Below, piece by piece: positions 18,423-26,993 of a DNA stretch of 64,000 bases. The number at the start of each line of letters is the position of its first letter. Positions within the stretch are counted from its first letter, which is position 1. Source of the DNA: Patescibacteria group bacterium. GTDB taxonomy: Bacteria; Patescibacteriota; Patescibacteriia; Patescibacteriales; JBAZCA01. The stretch spans positions 3,164-67,163 of the forward strand of contig JBAZUL010000005.1 of the NCBI GenBank assembly GCA_041661405.1, written 5' to 3'. The notes under the pieces were generated by a model. It did no database searches. It was given only the letters and a program-made list of their open reading frames with translations, and had not been told where the DNA came from. Position numbers and translations under genes: made by a program.

Positions 18423-18497
18423 TGGAGCCGTCTGTCGGACTCGAACCGACAACCTACCGCTTACAAGGCGGTTGCTCTACCATTGAGCTAAGACGGC
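18423..18497 (-). tRNA. tRNA-Thr (anticodon UGU), CCA encoded
   Basis: Manual cloverleaf: acceptor GCCGTCT/AGACGGC, D arm AGCTCAATGGTAGAGC, anticodon stem ACCGC/GCGGT with loop CTTGTAA, T arm GTCGGTTCGAGTCCGAC, then TCCA. Confidence 0.9.
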
Positions 18498-18636
18498 AAA
18501 AAAATGACGAATAACAATTGCCGAATTACGAACACATCTCAGCTTACTCATTTCATTCGACAATCATCATTCGCCATTCGGTAATTTCCATGTGGGTCGT
18601 ATCCCGCCATTCGGGCGGGATGACCTTCTGTCTTTG

Positions 18637-18709
18637 TGGGTCGTACTGGATTCGAACCAGTGACCTTCTCCTTAAAAGGGAGCTGCTCTACCAGCTGAGC
18701 TAACGACCC
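18637..18709 (-). tRNA. tRNA-Lys (anticodon UUU)
   Basis: Manual cloverleaf: acceptor GGGTCGT/ACGACCC, D arm GCTCAGCTGGTAGAGC, anticodon loop CTTTTAA, T arm ACTGGTTCGAATCCAGT, discriminator A. CCA is not encoded. Confidence 0.9.
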
Positions 18710-18922
18710 GCAAAACTAAAAATCTGCCCGGAGCAGATGTTATTATATTAACAAAATAATTAAAATTATGCAAATCCACGCTGATTTGTTTGTTTTCACG
18801 ACTTCCCTGGACGCGGACGACGCATAACCTGAGGAAAAACATGCAAAAAGAATGAAAAAACGGGGCTTGTTAAAGAAAGAAAAAACCTGTAACATGTAGC
18901 TATAATTTTAACTCTTTTTTCC

Positions 18923-20314
18923 ATGGCCATCCCAAGTGTAATTGAAAAAATGCCGCCGCAGAATGTTGAGGCCGAAGAATCGCTTCTCGGATGTCTTTTA
19001 ATTGATAAAGACGCGATTATCAGGGTTGCGGACATTGTCTTTGAAAAAGATTTCTATAAAGAAAGCCACGAGCTTATCTACAGGGCAATGAAAGAGTTGT
19101 ATACCCGGCGCGAACCGATTGATATCCTGAGCCTCACCAACCGCCTTGAAGAAAGAAACGAGCTTAGCCAGGTCGGCGGCCGGACTTACTTCGCCCACCT
19201 TTCCACCGCCGTCGCCACTTCCTCGCACATCGTCCACTACGCGCAGATTGTTCATCGGAAGTCCACGTTAAGGAGACTCATTGAAACCGCCGCCCAAATC
19301 GGCGAAATGGGCTACCGCGAGGATGAAGACCTGGAAAAAATCCTTGACGAAGCCGAGCAGAAAATATTCGCCGTTTCCCAAAAATACGTAAAAAATATTT
19401 TTATCCCGATTGACAGCCTTTTAACCGAAGCCTTTGACCGGATTGACGAACTCCATAAGCAGTCGGGAAAGCTCAGAGGCATTCCGACCGGCTATTATGA
19501 ACTGGACGACATGCTCGCCGGATTGCAAAAATCCGATTTAGTGATTTTAGCCGCCCGGCCGAGCGTCGGGAAAACTTCGCTCGCCCTTGATATCGCCCGC
19601 CAGTCGGCAATAAAATCCAAAGCTTCGGTCGGGCTTTTTTCCCTGGAAATGTCAAAAGAACAGCTCGTTGACCGGATGCTCTGCGCTCAGGCCGGCGTGA
19701 GTCTTTGGAAAATGCGGACCGGAAAACTCTCGGATCGCGAAGAAGACAATGATTTTGCCCGCATCGGCGAAGCTATGGGCCGGCTTTCCGAAGCGCCGAT
19801 CTATATAGACGACAGCGCCAACACGTCAGTCATGGAAATAAGAACAAAGGCCCGGCGCCTGCAGATGGAACGGGGCCTGGATATGATCATTATTGACTAC
19901 CTCCAACTCATGGAAGGCCGGGGAAAATATTCGGATAACCGTACGCAGGAAGTCTCGGAAATCACCAGGGGATTAAAAGGCATTGCCCGCGAACTCGGCA
20001 TCCCGGTTGTCGCCCTTTCCCAGCTTTCGCGCGTAGTTGAGCAGAGCAAACCGGCCATCCCGAAACTCTCGCACCTCCGCGAATCCGGCTCCATTGAACA
20101 GGACGCCGACATCGTCATGTTTATTTACCGCAAAGCTTCGGACCGGAATTACCGGCTAGAAGACCTCTCGGACGAAGACCGCTACAAGGCCGAAATCCAT
20201 ATCGCCAAACACCGGAACGGACCGACCGGACGGGTGGATTTGTATTTTGACGAACAGACCACCAGCTTTAAAAACCTGGATTCAAAGTCCAAAACCGACA
20301 TCCCGCAATTTTAA
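18923..20314 (+). CDS. dnaB: replicative DNA helicase
   Basis: 463 aa. PPQNVEAEESLLGCLL is the typical DnaB N-terminus. Walker A is ARPSVGKTS, and IIIDYLQLM and the SQLSR motif are present. Confidence 0.95.
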   Translation: MAIPSVIEKMPPQNVEAEESLLGCLLIDKDAIIRVADIVFEKDFYKESHELIYRAMKELYTRREPIDILSLTNRLEERNELSQVGGRTYFAHLSTAVATSSHIVHYAQIVHRKSTLRRLIETAAQIGEMGYREDEDLEKILDEAEQKIFAVSQKYVKNIFIPIDSLLTEAFDRIDELHKQSGKLRGIPTGYYELDDMLAGLQKSDLVILAARPSVGKTSLALDIARQSAIKSKASVGLFSLEMSKEQLVDRMLCAQAGVSLWKMRTGKLSDREEDNDFARIGEAMGRLSEAPIYIDDSANTSVMEIRTKARRLQMERGLDMIIIDYLQLMEGRGKYSDNRTQEVSEITRGLKGIARELGIPVVALSQLSRVVEQSKPAIPKLSHLRESGSIEQDADIVMFIYRKASDRNYRLEDLSDEDRYKAEIHIAKHRNGPTGRVDLYFDEQTTSFKNLDSKSKTDIPQF

Positions 20315-20490
20315 GCTAATTCAATAATTAAATAAGCGAGCAAATTTATAGCAATTTTTTACGAGGACTTAGCCAGCTCAGAAAAATAAAATTGATAAAA
20401 GAATACTTAGGTCATCACACGCGCTATAATGGGAAGCATTCACGCGCTTCCGCAGTAAAAATTGCGATAAATTTGCGAGCGACTCTCCAC

Positions 20491-20763
20491 ATGTTCAACA
20501 AACTAAAACAGCTAAAAGATTTAAGAAGCCAGGCCAAAACCATCCAAAACGTCCTTGCCGAAGAAACCATTGAAGCGGAAAAAAGCGGAATAAAAATCAT
20601 CATGAACGGCAACATGGAAGTCCAATCCATCGTTATCAACGACGGCATCGCCAAAGAAAGCCTTGAGGGAATACTGAAAAGCCTCATAAACGACGCCATA
20701 AAAAAGACCCAGAAAGTCATGGCCAAAAAAATGCAGGAAATGGGCGGACTCCCCGGATTTTAA
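20491..20763 (+). CDS. ybaB: YbaB/EbfC family nucleoid-associated protein
   Basis: 90 aa from the internal ATG (MFNKLKQLKDLRSQAKTIQ...). The length and pattern fit YbaB and it lies immediately upstream of recR, as usual. The track start at 20392 adds a non-conserved extension. Confidence 0.85.
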   Translation: MFNKLKQLKDLRSQAKTIQNVLAEETIEAEKSGIKIIMNGNMEVQSIVINDGIAKESLEGILKSLINDAIKKTQKVMAKKMQEMGGLPGF

Positions 20764-20847
20764 TTACACAACCGTAACTTGAAACGCGTAACGGGTTTGA
20801 CTTTTCGCATTTTTTTCTTCAATCAAACAACAATTCGCTAAATACAA

Positions 20848-20903
20848 ATGCGTTATGCGTTATGCGTTATGCGTTATGCGTTATGCGTTATGCGTTATGC
20901 GAC
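20848..20903. repeat. heptamer tandem repeat (ATGCGTT) x7 perfect plus 1 degenerate, directly upstream of recR
   Basis: Units begin at 20848, 20855, 20862, 20869, 20876, 20883 and 20890, with a degenerate ATGCGAC at 20897. The recR ATG is at 20905. Confidence 0.95.
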
Positions 20904-20904
20904 G

Positions 20905-21507
20905 ATGAAGTATCCCAAAAGCATTGAAAATCTCATAAGACATTTTTCCACTCTGCCGACTGTCGGTCCAAAAACCGCCGAGCGGTATGTTTTTTATTTG
21001 CTTAGCCGGCCGGCCGAAGAATTAAAAATTTTTGGCGAAGCGGTCGCTGGCCTAAAAAGCAATATCAGCGCCTGCCCCGGTTGTTTGACATTAGTTGAAA
21101 ACGGCGGTTGTCTGGTCTGCTCGGACGCGAAGCGCGACCCTGGCCAGCTTTGCATTGTAGCTGACCCAAGAGATCTCGCAGCCATTGAAAGCACAAAAAA
21201 CTTCAAGGGTTATTACCTGGTCCTGGGCGGGGAAATAAACGCCATTGAAGGCGTTCGGCCGGACAGCCTGAATATTAATGAACTCCTGAAAAAACTAAAA
21301 TCCGGCCGGGTCAAAGAAACGATTCTCGGCCTAAACCCGACGCTGGAAGGCGAAACTACGGCCATGTATTTGTCCCGGCTGATTAAAAATTCTTTTCCTT
21401 ATGTTAAAATCACCCGGCTGGCTCGCGGCCTCCCGATGGGCGCGGACATTGAATACGCCGACGAAATGACTTTGTCAAACTCGTTGAAATACAGAAGCGA
21501 AATTTAA
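20905..21507 (+). CDS. recR: recombination protein RecR
   Basis: MKYPKSIENLIRHFSTLPTVGPKTAERY (HhH), a C4 zinc finger CPGC...CLVC and a Toprim region. The start is placed after the heptamer repeat. Confidence 0.9.
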   Translation: MKYPKSIENLIRHFSTLPTVGPKTAERYVFYLLSRPAEELKIFGEAVAGLKSNISACPGCLTLVENGGCLVCSDAKRDPGQLCIVADPRDLAAIESTKNFKGYYLVLGGEINAIEGVRPDSLNINELLKKLKSGRVKETILGLNPTLEGETTAMYLSRLIKNSFPYVKITRLARGLPMGADIEYADEMTLSNSLKYRSEI

Positions 21508-21511
21508 GATT

Positions 21512-21551
21512 AAAAAAACCGCCCAATGTTTTTCGGGGCGGAATTTTTTTT
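21512..21551. terminator. bidirectional rho-independent terminator between convergent recR and rplU
   Basis: An A-run at 21512-21518, stem CCGCCC (21519-21524) / GGGCGG (21536-21541) and a T-run at 21544-21551. Confidence 0.75.
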
Positions 21552-21561
21552 GAAAATTTTT

Positions 21562-21876
21562 TTACGCGGCTATTTTCGTAATTTCCACTTTGGTGTAAGC
21601 CTGCCGGTGGCCCTTGGTCCGTAGATAGCGGATCTTATTTTTGTATTTTACCACGGTAATTTTTTTGCCCTTAGCGGTTTCAACGATTTTTCCGGTTACT
21701 TTTTCGCCGAGGCTCGGAGCGCCCAAATCCAACTTTTCACCGTCGTCCGAGGCGATCATCAAGGTATCAAATATCACGGAAGCGTCTTTTTCGCCGTCCA
21801 ATTTTTCAATCCTTAAAGACTGCCCTTCTTTGACTTTATATTGTTTTCCTCCGGTTTTTATTACTGCGATAGACAT
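21562..21876 (-). CDS. rplU: 50S ribosomal protein L21
   Basis: 104 aa. MSIAVIKTGGKQYKVKEGQSLRIEKL and KGHRQ.YTKV are typical of bL21. Confidence 0.95.
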   Translation of the reverse strand: MSIAVIKTGGKQYKVKEGQSLRIEKLDGEKDASVIFDTLMIASDDGEKLDLGAPSLGEKVTGKIVETAKGKKITVVKYKNKIRYLRTKGHRQAYTKVEITKIAA

Positions 21877-21962
21877 ATCGGATCAATTTTCAATTTTCAA
21901 TTTTCCCGCCTGCGCCAAGGCTTCGGCGGGCAGGCAATTTCCAATTCCGATAATTCGGAATT
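21877..21962 (-). promoter_or_regulatory. structured rplU leader: two hairpins plus a (GAAAATT)x3 array
   Basis: The minus strand reads AATTCCGAattaTCGGAATT hairpin, then CCCGCC..GGCGGG hairpin (21905-21930), then three heptamers (plus CAATTTT at 21884, 21891 and 21898) ending 7 nt before the ATG. Confidence 0.4.
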
Positions 21963-22111
21963 AAAAACTTAATGTAAACTGATTATTGTAAGTTTTAAAT
22001 TAAAAAATAAGCTTTTGGAAGCTTTTCTATATTATACAGATTTTCTCTTGCTTGTCAACCGCCGCCATGCCATTTGTCCGGACACGGCGGCTTAGTCGTT
22101 AGAGCCTGCCG

Positions 22112-22417
22112 CTAGTGGTGATGATGACAGCAACAGCAACCATCCTCTTTTTTATCCCAGAAAGCCTCAGCCTCTTTTTCCATCTTTTCCAGCCGTTCGT
22201 AGTAATCGGGAAACTCTTTCATGTGCGCCAAAGCGATTTTTCCGGTCATGATTTCATTATCATCGGTTACGTTAGTGACCGGATCAACGGTTCCATGTTC
22301 CAGTTCAACATCCATGCCGGCCCGGAACTGCTCAAGGTCGTACTTATTAAAATCAACGCCGATTTTTTCTCCTACCCGCTTCGCGTCTTCAACGCTAAAA
22401 TGTTTTTTCTCGCTCAT
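22112..22417 (-). CDS. DUF5661-like small protein with C-terminal CCCCHHHH tail
   Basis: 101 aa from the ATG at 22417 (MSEKKHFSVEDAKRVGEKIGVDF...MDVELEHGT...IALAHMKEFPDYYERLEKME), ending ...EDGCCCCHHHH. The longer track ORF overlaps the upstream gene. Confidence 0.7.
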   Translation of the reverse strand: MSEKKHFSVEDAKRVGEKIGVDFNKYDLEQFRAGMDVELEHGTVDPVTNVTDDNEIMTGKIALAHMKEFPDYYERLEKMEKEAEAFWDKKEDGCCCCHHHH

Positions 22418-22430
22418 AATCGTAAAATTA

Positions 22431-23525
22431 TTAATTACTACTAATGCAATCTTCCCCCGAAAGGGCGGTCGGGATAAAATCCGCCTTATCCGACTCAAGG
22501 TTAGTACAGGACCGGTACGCGCTCCCGTCGTCTTTTGTAAGCTCATAATAATAAGCTTTGCTTCCGGCAGGGAGATTAAGCGCGTTATTGCCCGGAGTCG
22601 GGTCGTCAAATTCCTTTTTCTCCTCATCCCAGCAGGTTTCCATTTTAAAACGCGCGTCACTACAGGGTCCGAGTTTATTGACCGGATCAACCATGAGCGG
22701 TTTTAACCCTAATTCGCCGGCGAAATTTTCCTGCCAGCTCGGCCAGACCGAAATCGTTCGTCCCTTTAAATATGTGCCGGATTCCAGTTTCGGGTAATAT
22801 CCGCGCCCGTAATAGTTATTCAAGGCGATTTTTATTTCCGCGAGATCGGAAAGCCGGATCGTGTCCCGGACCAAGCGGGCTTTTTTACTCAGGCAGTATC
22901 CGCCGACCGGACAGTCTTTGTTAAAAAGGCATTTAATCACGCATTTATTTCCCTCGCAGACTTGTCCGTCCGGACAGGCTCCGGCTGAACAGCTTTTTAC
23001 TTCGCCGATATTTTCGCATTTATTCGCCGCGCCATTGTCATTCATGAGGTTTACATTGAATTTCCAGTGATCTAAAATCTGCCCGAGAATATCCATAGTC
23101 GCCTGATCCGCGTCCTGGTTATAGGAAATTATGTAAATATTGGAATAATAATTTTCATAGATTCCGTCCCCGTTATTGTCAATGACGTTGGCCGCGTTGA
23201 CGTATACCGTCCGACCGTCGCGCACCGCCTGATAGCCGTCTACGACAAGCGACTGGGGAGCGCCTTTTATGTCAACATTCTCCGAATACCACCTCAGGGG
23301 AGATAAATGTCCGGGGTTAGGCATGACCCGGATGGCGATGGCGTCGGACGAAGATCCCTCATCAGCCAAAACAGCGACCGACATTTTGTCCGCTCCGAAA
23401 AAATAAAAAACACAGCCGAAAATAACCGCGGCCGAAATCAGCGCCTTTAATTTTAAGCTCCGGCCGGCGAGAACACCGCTCTGCGAAAGCCGAAAAAAGA
23501 GACCAATATAAGATATCCGCTTCAT
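22431..23525 (-). CDS. secreted Cys-rich protein with a pilin-like globular segment
   Basis: N-terminal signal/TM, a Cys-rich block (CSAGACPDGQVCEGNKCVIKCLFNKDCPVGGYC), then RDTIRLSDLAEIKIALNNYYGRGYYP, which resembles the post-helix motif of type IV (pseudo)pilins. The start may be 23525 (MKRISY) or 23591. Confidence 0.7.
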   Translation of the reverse strand: MKRISYIGLFFRLSQSGVLAGRSLKLKALISAAVIFGCVFYFFGADKMSVAVLADEGSSSDAIAIRVMPNPGHLSPLRWYSENVDIKGAPQSLVVDGYQAVRDGRTVYVNAANVIDNNGDGIYENYYSNIYIISYNQDADQATMDILGQILDHWKFNVNLMNDNGAANKCENIGEVKSCSAGACPDGQVCEGNKCVIKCLFNKDCPVGGYCLSKKARLVRDTIRLSDLAEIKIALNNYYGRGYYPKLESGTYLKGRTISVWPSWQENFAGELGLKPLMVDPVNKLGPCSDARFKMETCWDEEKKEFDDPTPGNNALNLPAGSKAYYYELTKDDGSAYRSCTNLESDKADFIPTALSGEDCISSN

Positions 23526-23669
23526 GTTCCAATTATAACACAAAGCATAAATATTGAAAACTATATGCGGCTTATTTGTCGGGCTACGCAAAATCCCTGC
23601 CTGCCCCGGGCGGGGAACTGCCGACTTCGTTTTAGCTAAGAAGCTCGTTTAATAGAGCGTTCACATATG

Positions 23670-23740
23670 TCGGGCTGCGCGGAATCGAACCGCGGCTACA
23701 AGACCCCCAGCCTCGCGTACTGCCACTATACTACAGCCCG
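23670..23740 (-). tRNA. tRNA-Pro (anticodon GGG)
   Basis: Manual cloverleaf: acceptor CGGGCTG/CAGCCCG, D arm GTATAGTGGCAGTAC, anticodon stem CGAGG/TCTTG with loop CTGGGGG, T arm CGCGGTTCGATTCCGCG, discriminator A. Confidence 0.85.
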
Positions 23741-23800
23741 ATAGAAATTGGCGATTTTATTGTCTGCGCCAACAACTATTTGTTTTATTCGCATTAACTC

Positions 23801-24104
23801 GCGGAAATTGGCGTTTTACAAAAAGGCTTCGCCAATAATGCGCTGGTTAAATTTTGGCTTTAATCCAATGGATGCTATCCCGAAAACGGGACAGAGAACC
23901 TAAGAATTCATCTCGCAGTGGAATAAGCGAATTGCCGATTCACCGGGGGACAATTCTTGAAGGCGATTTTATCCTTTGAGCCTACCCTTTCCCGCACGCG
24001 GAAAAGAGAAACGGCCAGCCAAAATTATACAATTTGATCCAAAATTTATGCCAGCTTGGCGAAGCCTTCTTGGCGCGAAACCCCTTTAAAAGCGAATTTC
24101 CCGC
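23801..24104. ncRNA. candidate structured RNA of about 300 nt, class unknown, strand unresolved
   Basis: Nested long-range helices: 23801-23809/24095-24104, 23823-23835/24056-24068 (13 bp perfect), 23843-23846/24051-24054, 23850-23859/24017-24026 (10 bp perfect) and 23902-23908/23952-23958. There are several internal hairpins and no credible ORF. Confidence 0.35.
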
Positions 24105-24141
24105 CTGATTACATCTTAACACGATTTTTCCAAAAGTAAAG

Positions 24142-24813
24142 TTAAATACTGCCGTCCAAATACCCGATCACTTCCTCAAAATCCTTAGCCGAAAAATCGG
24201 CTTTTTCCATCACGCTTCTTCGGCTCGCATTTTCGGTAAACGCGATAAACTTATTTGCCGCGCCGGACGCTTTCATCTCATAATCCGTCCAGCCGTCGCC
24301 GATCGCGCAAATTTCACCATCCAGATTCAGGGCGCGAAGCTGTTTAATTTTCCCCCCGGTTTGGCTCAAAAAATTTGATTTGTCGTATCCGATTATTTTC
24401 CCGCCATTGTCAAAAATAAAAGTGTTGGCGCAAACATTTTCAGGGCTTAGGCCTAGCTCTTTGGCGATTGGATCTACGTAATCCTTAAATCCTCCGGAAA
24501 AAATATAAATATTTTTAGCATGGTTTTTCAAATACTCGCGGTTGCGCGCGAATGATTCGGTAATATGTCCGCTTAGCATGGAAATGAATTCTTCCAATTC
24601 TTTTTTTCCCGCTTTTAGTATAGCCATCCGTCGGAGAAGCGATTCGCCGAAATCCAGTTTCCCTTCCATGCCTAAATTAGTAATCGTTGAAAATTCTTCT
24701 ACGAGCCGTTCCCGCTCCGGATTATTTTTCAGGGTCAAAAAAAACAGCTCATCCAAACATTCAATCTGAACCAAAGTGCTGTCAAAATCTATTACTAGAT
24801 ATTTATTTTCCAT
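24142..24813 (-). CDS. serB: HAD-superfamily phosphoserine phosphatase-like hydrolase
   Basis: 223 aa with the motif I sequence VIDFDSTL (the DxDST typical of PSP), plus GDGWTD. It is the last gene of the serA-serC cluster. Confidence 0.7.
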   Translation of the reverse strand: MENKYLVIDFDSTLVQIECLDELFFLTLKNNPERERLVEEFSTITNLGMEGKLDFGESLLRRMAILKAGKKELEEFISMLSGHITESFARNREYLKNHAKNIYIFSGGFKDYVDPIAKELGLSPENVCANTFIFDNGGKIIGYDKSNFLSQTGGKIKQLRALNLDGEICAIGDGWTDYEMKASGAANKFIAFTENASRRSVMEKADFSAKDFEEVIGYLDGSI

Positions 24814-24834
24814 AGCCAGAGCGCCTGATTATAT

Positions 24835-25917
24835 TTATTTTCCCATTTCATCAATCGCGGCGGTCAAAGCCTTAAAATCCTCCAGCGTATGCGTCGGAAA
24901 ATTCGCCAGCCGGAAATGGGTTTCTTTCATGTCTTTATAGCCTTTCCCGCTTACAATCCCCCGCGCGTTAAGCTGTTTATGAAACTCTTCGCCGGTTACA
25001 CCTGCCGGAAGTTTAATACAGAGTACAGACAGCGCCCGGTATTTGTCATCCTTGGCATGGACTTCCATGTTTTTACTCTTTGCCCAGTCATACAGGTAAG
25101 CGGCCTTTTCCCGGGTTTCCTTTTCAATCTGCTCCATGCCCTTATTTTTAAATCTCTCGGCCTGTTTCGCGAGCAAATAAATCCCTAAAACATTCGGTGT
25201 TTCAAAGGTCTGGTCTTTCGCGCCGTATTGCTCAAGGTTGGCGATGGAATGGACCGGCCCGATGTCTTTTCCCTCTTCGGCCATTTTTAGGGCTTTGGCT
25301 TTGGCGCGCTCATTAACGATTAACACCCCTAACCCGGCCGGCAGCCCGAACCCCTTCTGCACGGAAAAAAACCAAGCGTCAGCAAGATTAAAATTTATTT
25401 TATGCGCTCCGGCCGCGGATACAATATCTATGGCGATTAACATATCCGGATATTTTTTCCTGAAAGCCTCCAGTTCGTCTTCGCGAAGACTAACTCCGGT
25501 CGGCGTTTCCGTATAAGTCAAAGCCGCCAGCTCGCAACCTTCCGGTATTTCTTCCTCAGCGTAATTAAACCCCATGCCCGATTCCACTTCTTTAATCACG
25601 GCGTCTTTGCCGATTTTTTTCAGGGTATTGGCAAAGCGCTTGGAAAACGAGCCAAAAATAAAATGCTGGCTTTTTTTCGCGACCAGGTTGCGGCCGATGA
25701 TTTCCATGCATTCGGTCGCCGAAGAAACAAAATAAATCGTAAAACCGTCCGGAATAGCAAGAAACTCTTTAACATTTTCTCGCGCGGCCTGAAACATGGC
25801 GAGAAAATCCTTGTGGCGGTGCGAAAGCGACAAAATATTTTTGTCTAAAGCCTCGCGAACATCATTTTTTACGTCCTCTGAAACGGCCGACGGCCCGACA
25901 TTAAAAGTTAGATACAT
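24835..25917 (-). CDS. serC: phosphoserine aminotransferase (class V aminotransferase)
   Basis: 360 aa. The N-terminal FNVGPSAV...SLSHRHKDF pattern and operon context between serA and serB support the call. Confidence 0.8.
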   Translation of the reverse strand: MYLTFNVGPSAVSEDVKNDVREALDKNILSLSHRHKDFLAMFQAARENVKEFLAIPDGFTIYFVSSATECMEIIGRNLVAKKSQHFIFGSFSKRFANTLKKIGKDAVIKEVESGMGFNYAEEEIPEGCELAALTYTETPTGVSLREDELEAFRKKYPDMLIAIDIVSAAGAHKINFNLADAWFFSVQKGFGLPAGLGVLIVNERAKAKALKMAEEGKDIGPVHSIANLEQYGAKDQTFETPNVLGIYLLAKQAERFKNKGMEQIEKETREKAAYLYDWAKSKNMEVHAKDDKYRALSVLCIKLPAGVTGEEFHKQLNARGIVSGKGYKDMKETHFRLANFPTHTLEDFKALTAAIDEMGK

Positions 25918-25933
25918 AAATAATTTTTAATTT

Positions 25934-26878
25934 TTAATTCATATTAACGCTCCCGGCCTTCCGTCCTTCAGCCATAAACCGGCAGACTTTCTCGCTCGTG
26001 GAAATAGCGACATCAACCTGCGCTTCTTCGGTTGAAGCGCCGATATGCGGGGTAAGAATTACGTTCGGCAATCCGGCGAGTTCGCATTCCATTTTTTCGT
26101 CATTGGTTTTTGGCTCGTTAGCGTAAACGTCAATTGCCGCTCCGGCGAGATGGCCGGATTTTAAGGCTTCTGCCAGAGCCATTAAATCAACAACGTTCCC
26201 GCGGGCGAGATTGATGATGTAGCTTCCCTTTTTCATCAACGCCAGTTTTTCGGCGTTAATAAGATTGGGTGCCGAGGCATGGAGCGATACGACGTCAGCG
26301 ACGGCCAGAAGCTCTTCCAGAGTCTTCATCTTTTTCGCGTTGCCCATCGGGAGTTTATCAAAAACGTCAAAGAATATAACTTTCATGCCGAGCGCTTCGG
26401 CTAAAACCGAAAGTTGGGAGCCGATGTTGCCGTAGCCCACTATGCCTAAAGTTTTTCCCCGGACTTCATAAGAACCTTTGGCTGATTTTTTCCAGTCTCC
26501 GGCGTGCATTTCCCGGTTGCGGTCGCCGATTTTTCGCAGTAAGGAAATAATCAGGCCAATACCTAGTTCGGCAACGCTTCGCGTTGAAGAAAAAGGCGCG
26601 TTAAAAACGCAGACTCCGGCTTTAGAGCAGGCCGCTAAATCAACCTTATTCAGTCCGATAACATACCCGCCAATGACTTTTAGACTATCGGCGGCGGACA
26701 AAATTTCTTCGTCAATTTCAGTCTTTGAGCGGATGCCGAGCGCGTCAACGCCCTTTATTTTTTCCTTTAACTCGTTCTTAGGCAAAGTGCCTTTGATTAA
26801 TTCCACTTCAAAATCGCGCTCTTCAAAATACTTTTTCGCGAGCTCGCTGATTCCTTCTAACAGTAGTACTTTTGGCAT
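25934..26878 (-). CDS. serA: D-3-phosphoglycerate dehydrogenase (short form, no ACT domain)
   Basis: 314 aa D-isomer 2-hydroxyacid dehydrogenase with NAD motif GIVGYGNIGSQ and catalytic region TPHIGASTEEAQ. Confidence 0.85.
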   Translation of the reverse strand: MPKVLLLEGISELAKKYFEERDFEVELIKGTLPKNELKEKIKGVDALGIRSKTEIDEEILSAADSLKVIGGYVIGLNKVDLAACSKAGVCVFNAPFSSTRSVAELGIGLIISLLRKIGDRNREMHAGDWKKSAKGSYEVRGKTLGIVGYGNIGSQLSVLAEALGMKVIFFDVFDKLPMGNAKKMKTLEELLAVADVVSLHASAPNLINAEKLALMKKGSYIINLARGNVVDLMALAEALKSGHLAGAAIDVYANEPKTNDEKMECELAGLPNVILTPHIGASTEEAQVDVAISTSEKVCRFMAEGRKAGSVNMN

Positions 26879-26993
26879 AGGTTTATGTTGATCTAATTAA
26901 TAACAAATTTGGAAACAGGAGAGGACGTTTCCATGCGAAGGCCAGGTGTAACAAAAGCCTTCTACAAAGAATCGTCCTCTCCGGGGCGCGGGG

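Noticed and set aside
18336-18452. N-terminal extension of mtaB to the track start at 18452
   Set aside because: It would overlap tRNA-Thr (18423-18497) and translate the 14-mer tandem repeat. The conserved MtaB N-terminus begins at the ATG at 18335.
20848-20904. recR start at 20848, giving MRYALCVMRYALCVMRYAT
   Set aside because: This is simply the translation of the ATGCGTT heptamer array. The RecR consensus N-terminus begins at MKYPKSIENL (20905).
7718-21904. Short tandem repeats (7-mers, 14-mers) considered as a possible CRISPR array
   Set aside because: The units are contiguous with no spacers and are only 7-14 bp long. No cas genes are present.
22418-22690. 192-aa version of ORF 22112..22690
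   Set aside because: The extra 91 residues overlap the 3' end of the upstream secreted-protein gene in another frame. The DUF5661-like domain begins at the ATG at 22417.
23741-24141. Assignment of the structured region to RNase P RNA, tmRNA, SRP RNA, 6S RNA or a cobalamin riboswitch
   Set aside because: Only partial look-alikes exist (GGGAAAGGGUAGGCUC, AGAUGAAU, UCCACUG). There is no P4 partner, no tRNA-like T-arm or CCA, no GGAA-loop SRP helix, and no downstream regulated gene. The order and spacing of the motifs are also wrong. It is kept as an unclassified candidate.
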